This document shows, in pieces, positions 63,893 to 64,000 of a stretch of DNA of 64,000 nt. The notes below the pieces were generated by a model. That model was not told the DNA's origin. It ran no database searches and saw only the letters and a program-made list of their open reading frames with translations. The DNA is from Candidatus Pacearchaeota archaeon (lineage in GTDB: Archaea; Nanobdellota; Nanobdellia; Pacearchaeales; DTIR01), in NCBI GenBank assembly GCA_018303805.1, contig JAGVXL010000001.1, positions 506,164-570,163 of the forward strand, read 5' to 3'. Position 1 is the stretch's first letter; the number at the start of each line of letters is the position of its first letter. The position numbers and the translations under genes are program-made.

Positions 63893-64000
63893 TTCTCAAA
63901 TTATCCTGTTTTCTATCCAAAAATTCCAGCCTATATTCCCTCTTCAGAAATTTTACTTCAAAATTTCTGCCCTTATGCCTGCGTCCTTGCACAACTTGCA

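Noticed and set aside
1-64000. Stop-codon reassignment (TGA or TAG), suggested by two in-frame stops
   Set aside because: Conserved genes end properly at TGA (rps8e, endA) and TAG (tfb, alaS), so the standard code applies.
1-64000. CRISPR array or rRNA operon
   Set aside because: No run of equal-length repeats with unique spacers, and no rRNA signature sequences seen by eye.
63895-64000. 3' end of a - strand gene at the window edge
   Set aside because: Two frames are plausible and the fragment is too short to assign.

Overview
A 64-kb segment of an archaeal chromosome, most likely a DPANN/Nanobdellota genome of Pacearchaeota or Woesearchaeota type. This assignment is inferred from archaeal markers (TFB, TFE, Alba, rpS8e, rpS17e, rpL15e, EndA, Tyw3, ADP-forming Acd, Sm) and sparse metabolism; it was not tested by phylogeny. 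The window holds core information-processing genes (GlyRS, LeuRS, AlaRS, ProRS, GatB, RNase Z, DHS) and 7 tRNA genes, 5 of them with anticodon-loop introns. No rRNA or CRISPR array was found. Main observations: (1) a giant (>2248 aa, 5'-truncated) Cys-rich protein ending in a lytic transglycosylase and an Amidase_3 domain, i.e. two peptidoglycan hydrolases in an archaeon; (2) an HTH + LAGLIDADG cassette inserted in the 5' end of gatB, which leaves the old promoter and first ~12 codons stranded upstream and appears to supply a recoded replacement N-terminus; (3) near-identical 108- and 147-nt introns in tRNA-Cys and tRNA-Arg, built from hairpin modules that also occur between genes; (4) a toxin-antitoxin/Fic/MNT region whose genes are separated by a same-strand degenerate repeat; (5) a disA-DHH pair (candidate c-di-AMP module); (6) signs of erosion: an ilvE C-terminal remnant near an orphan leuA, two ABC-transporter remnants, and two genes split by single in-frame stops. 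All assignments come from reading motifs by eye; no database searches were run.
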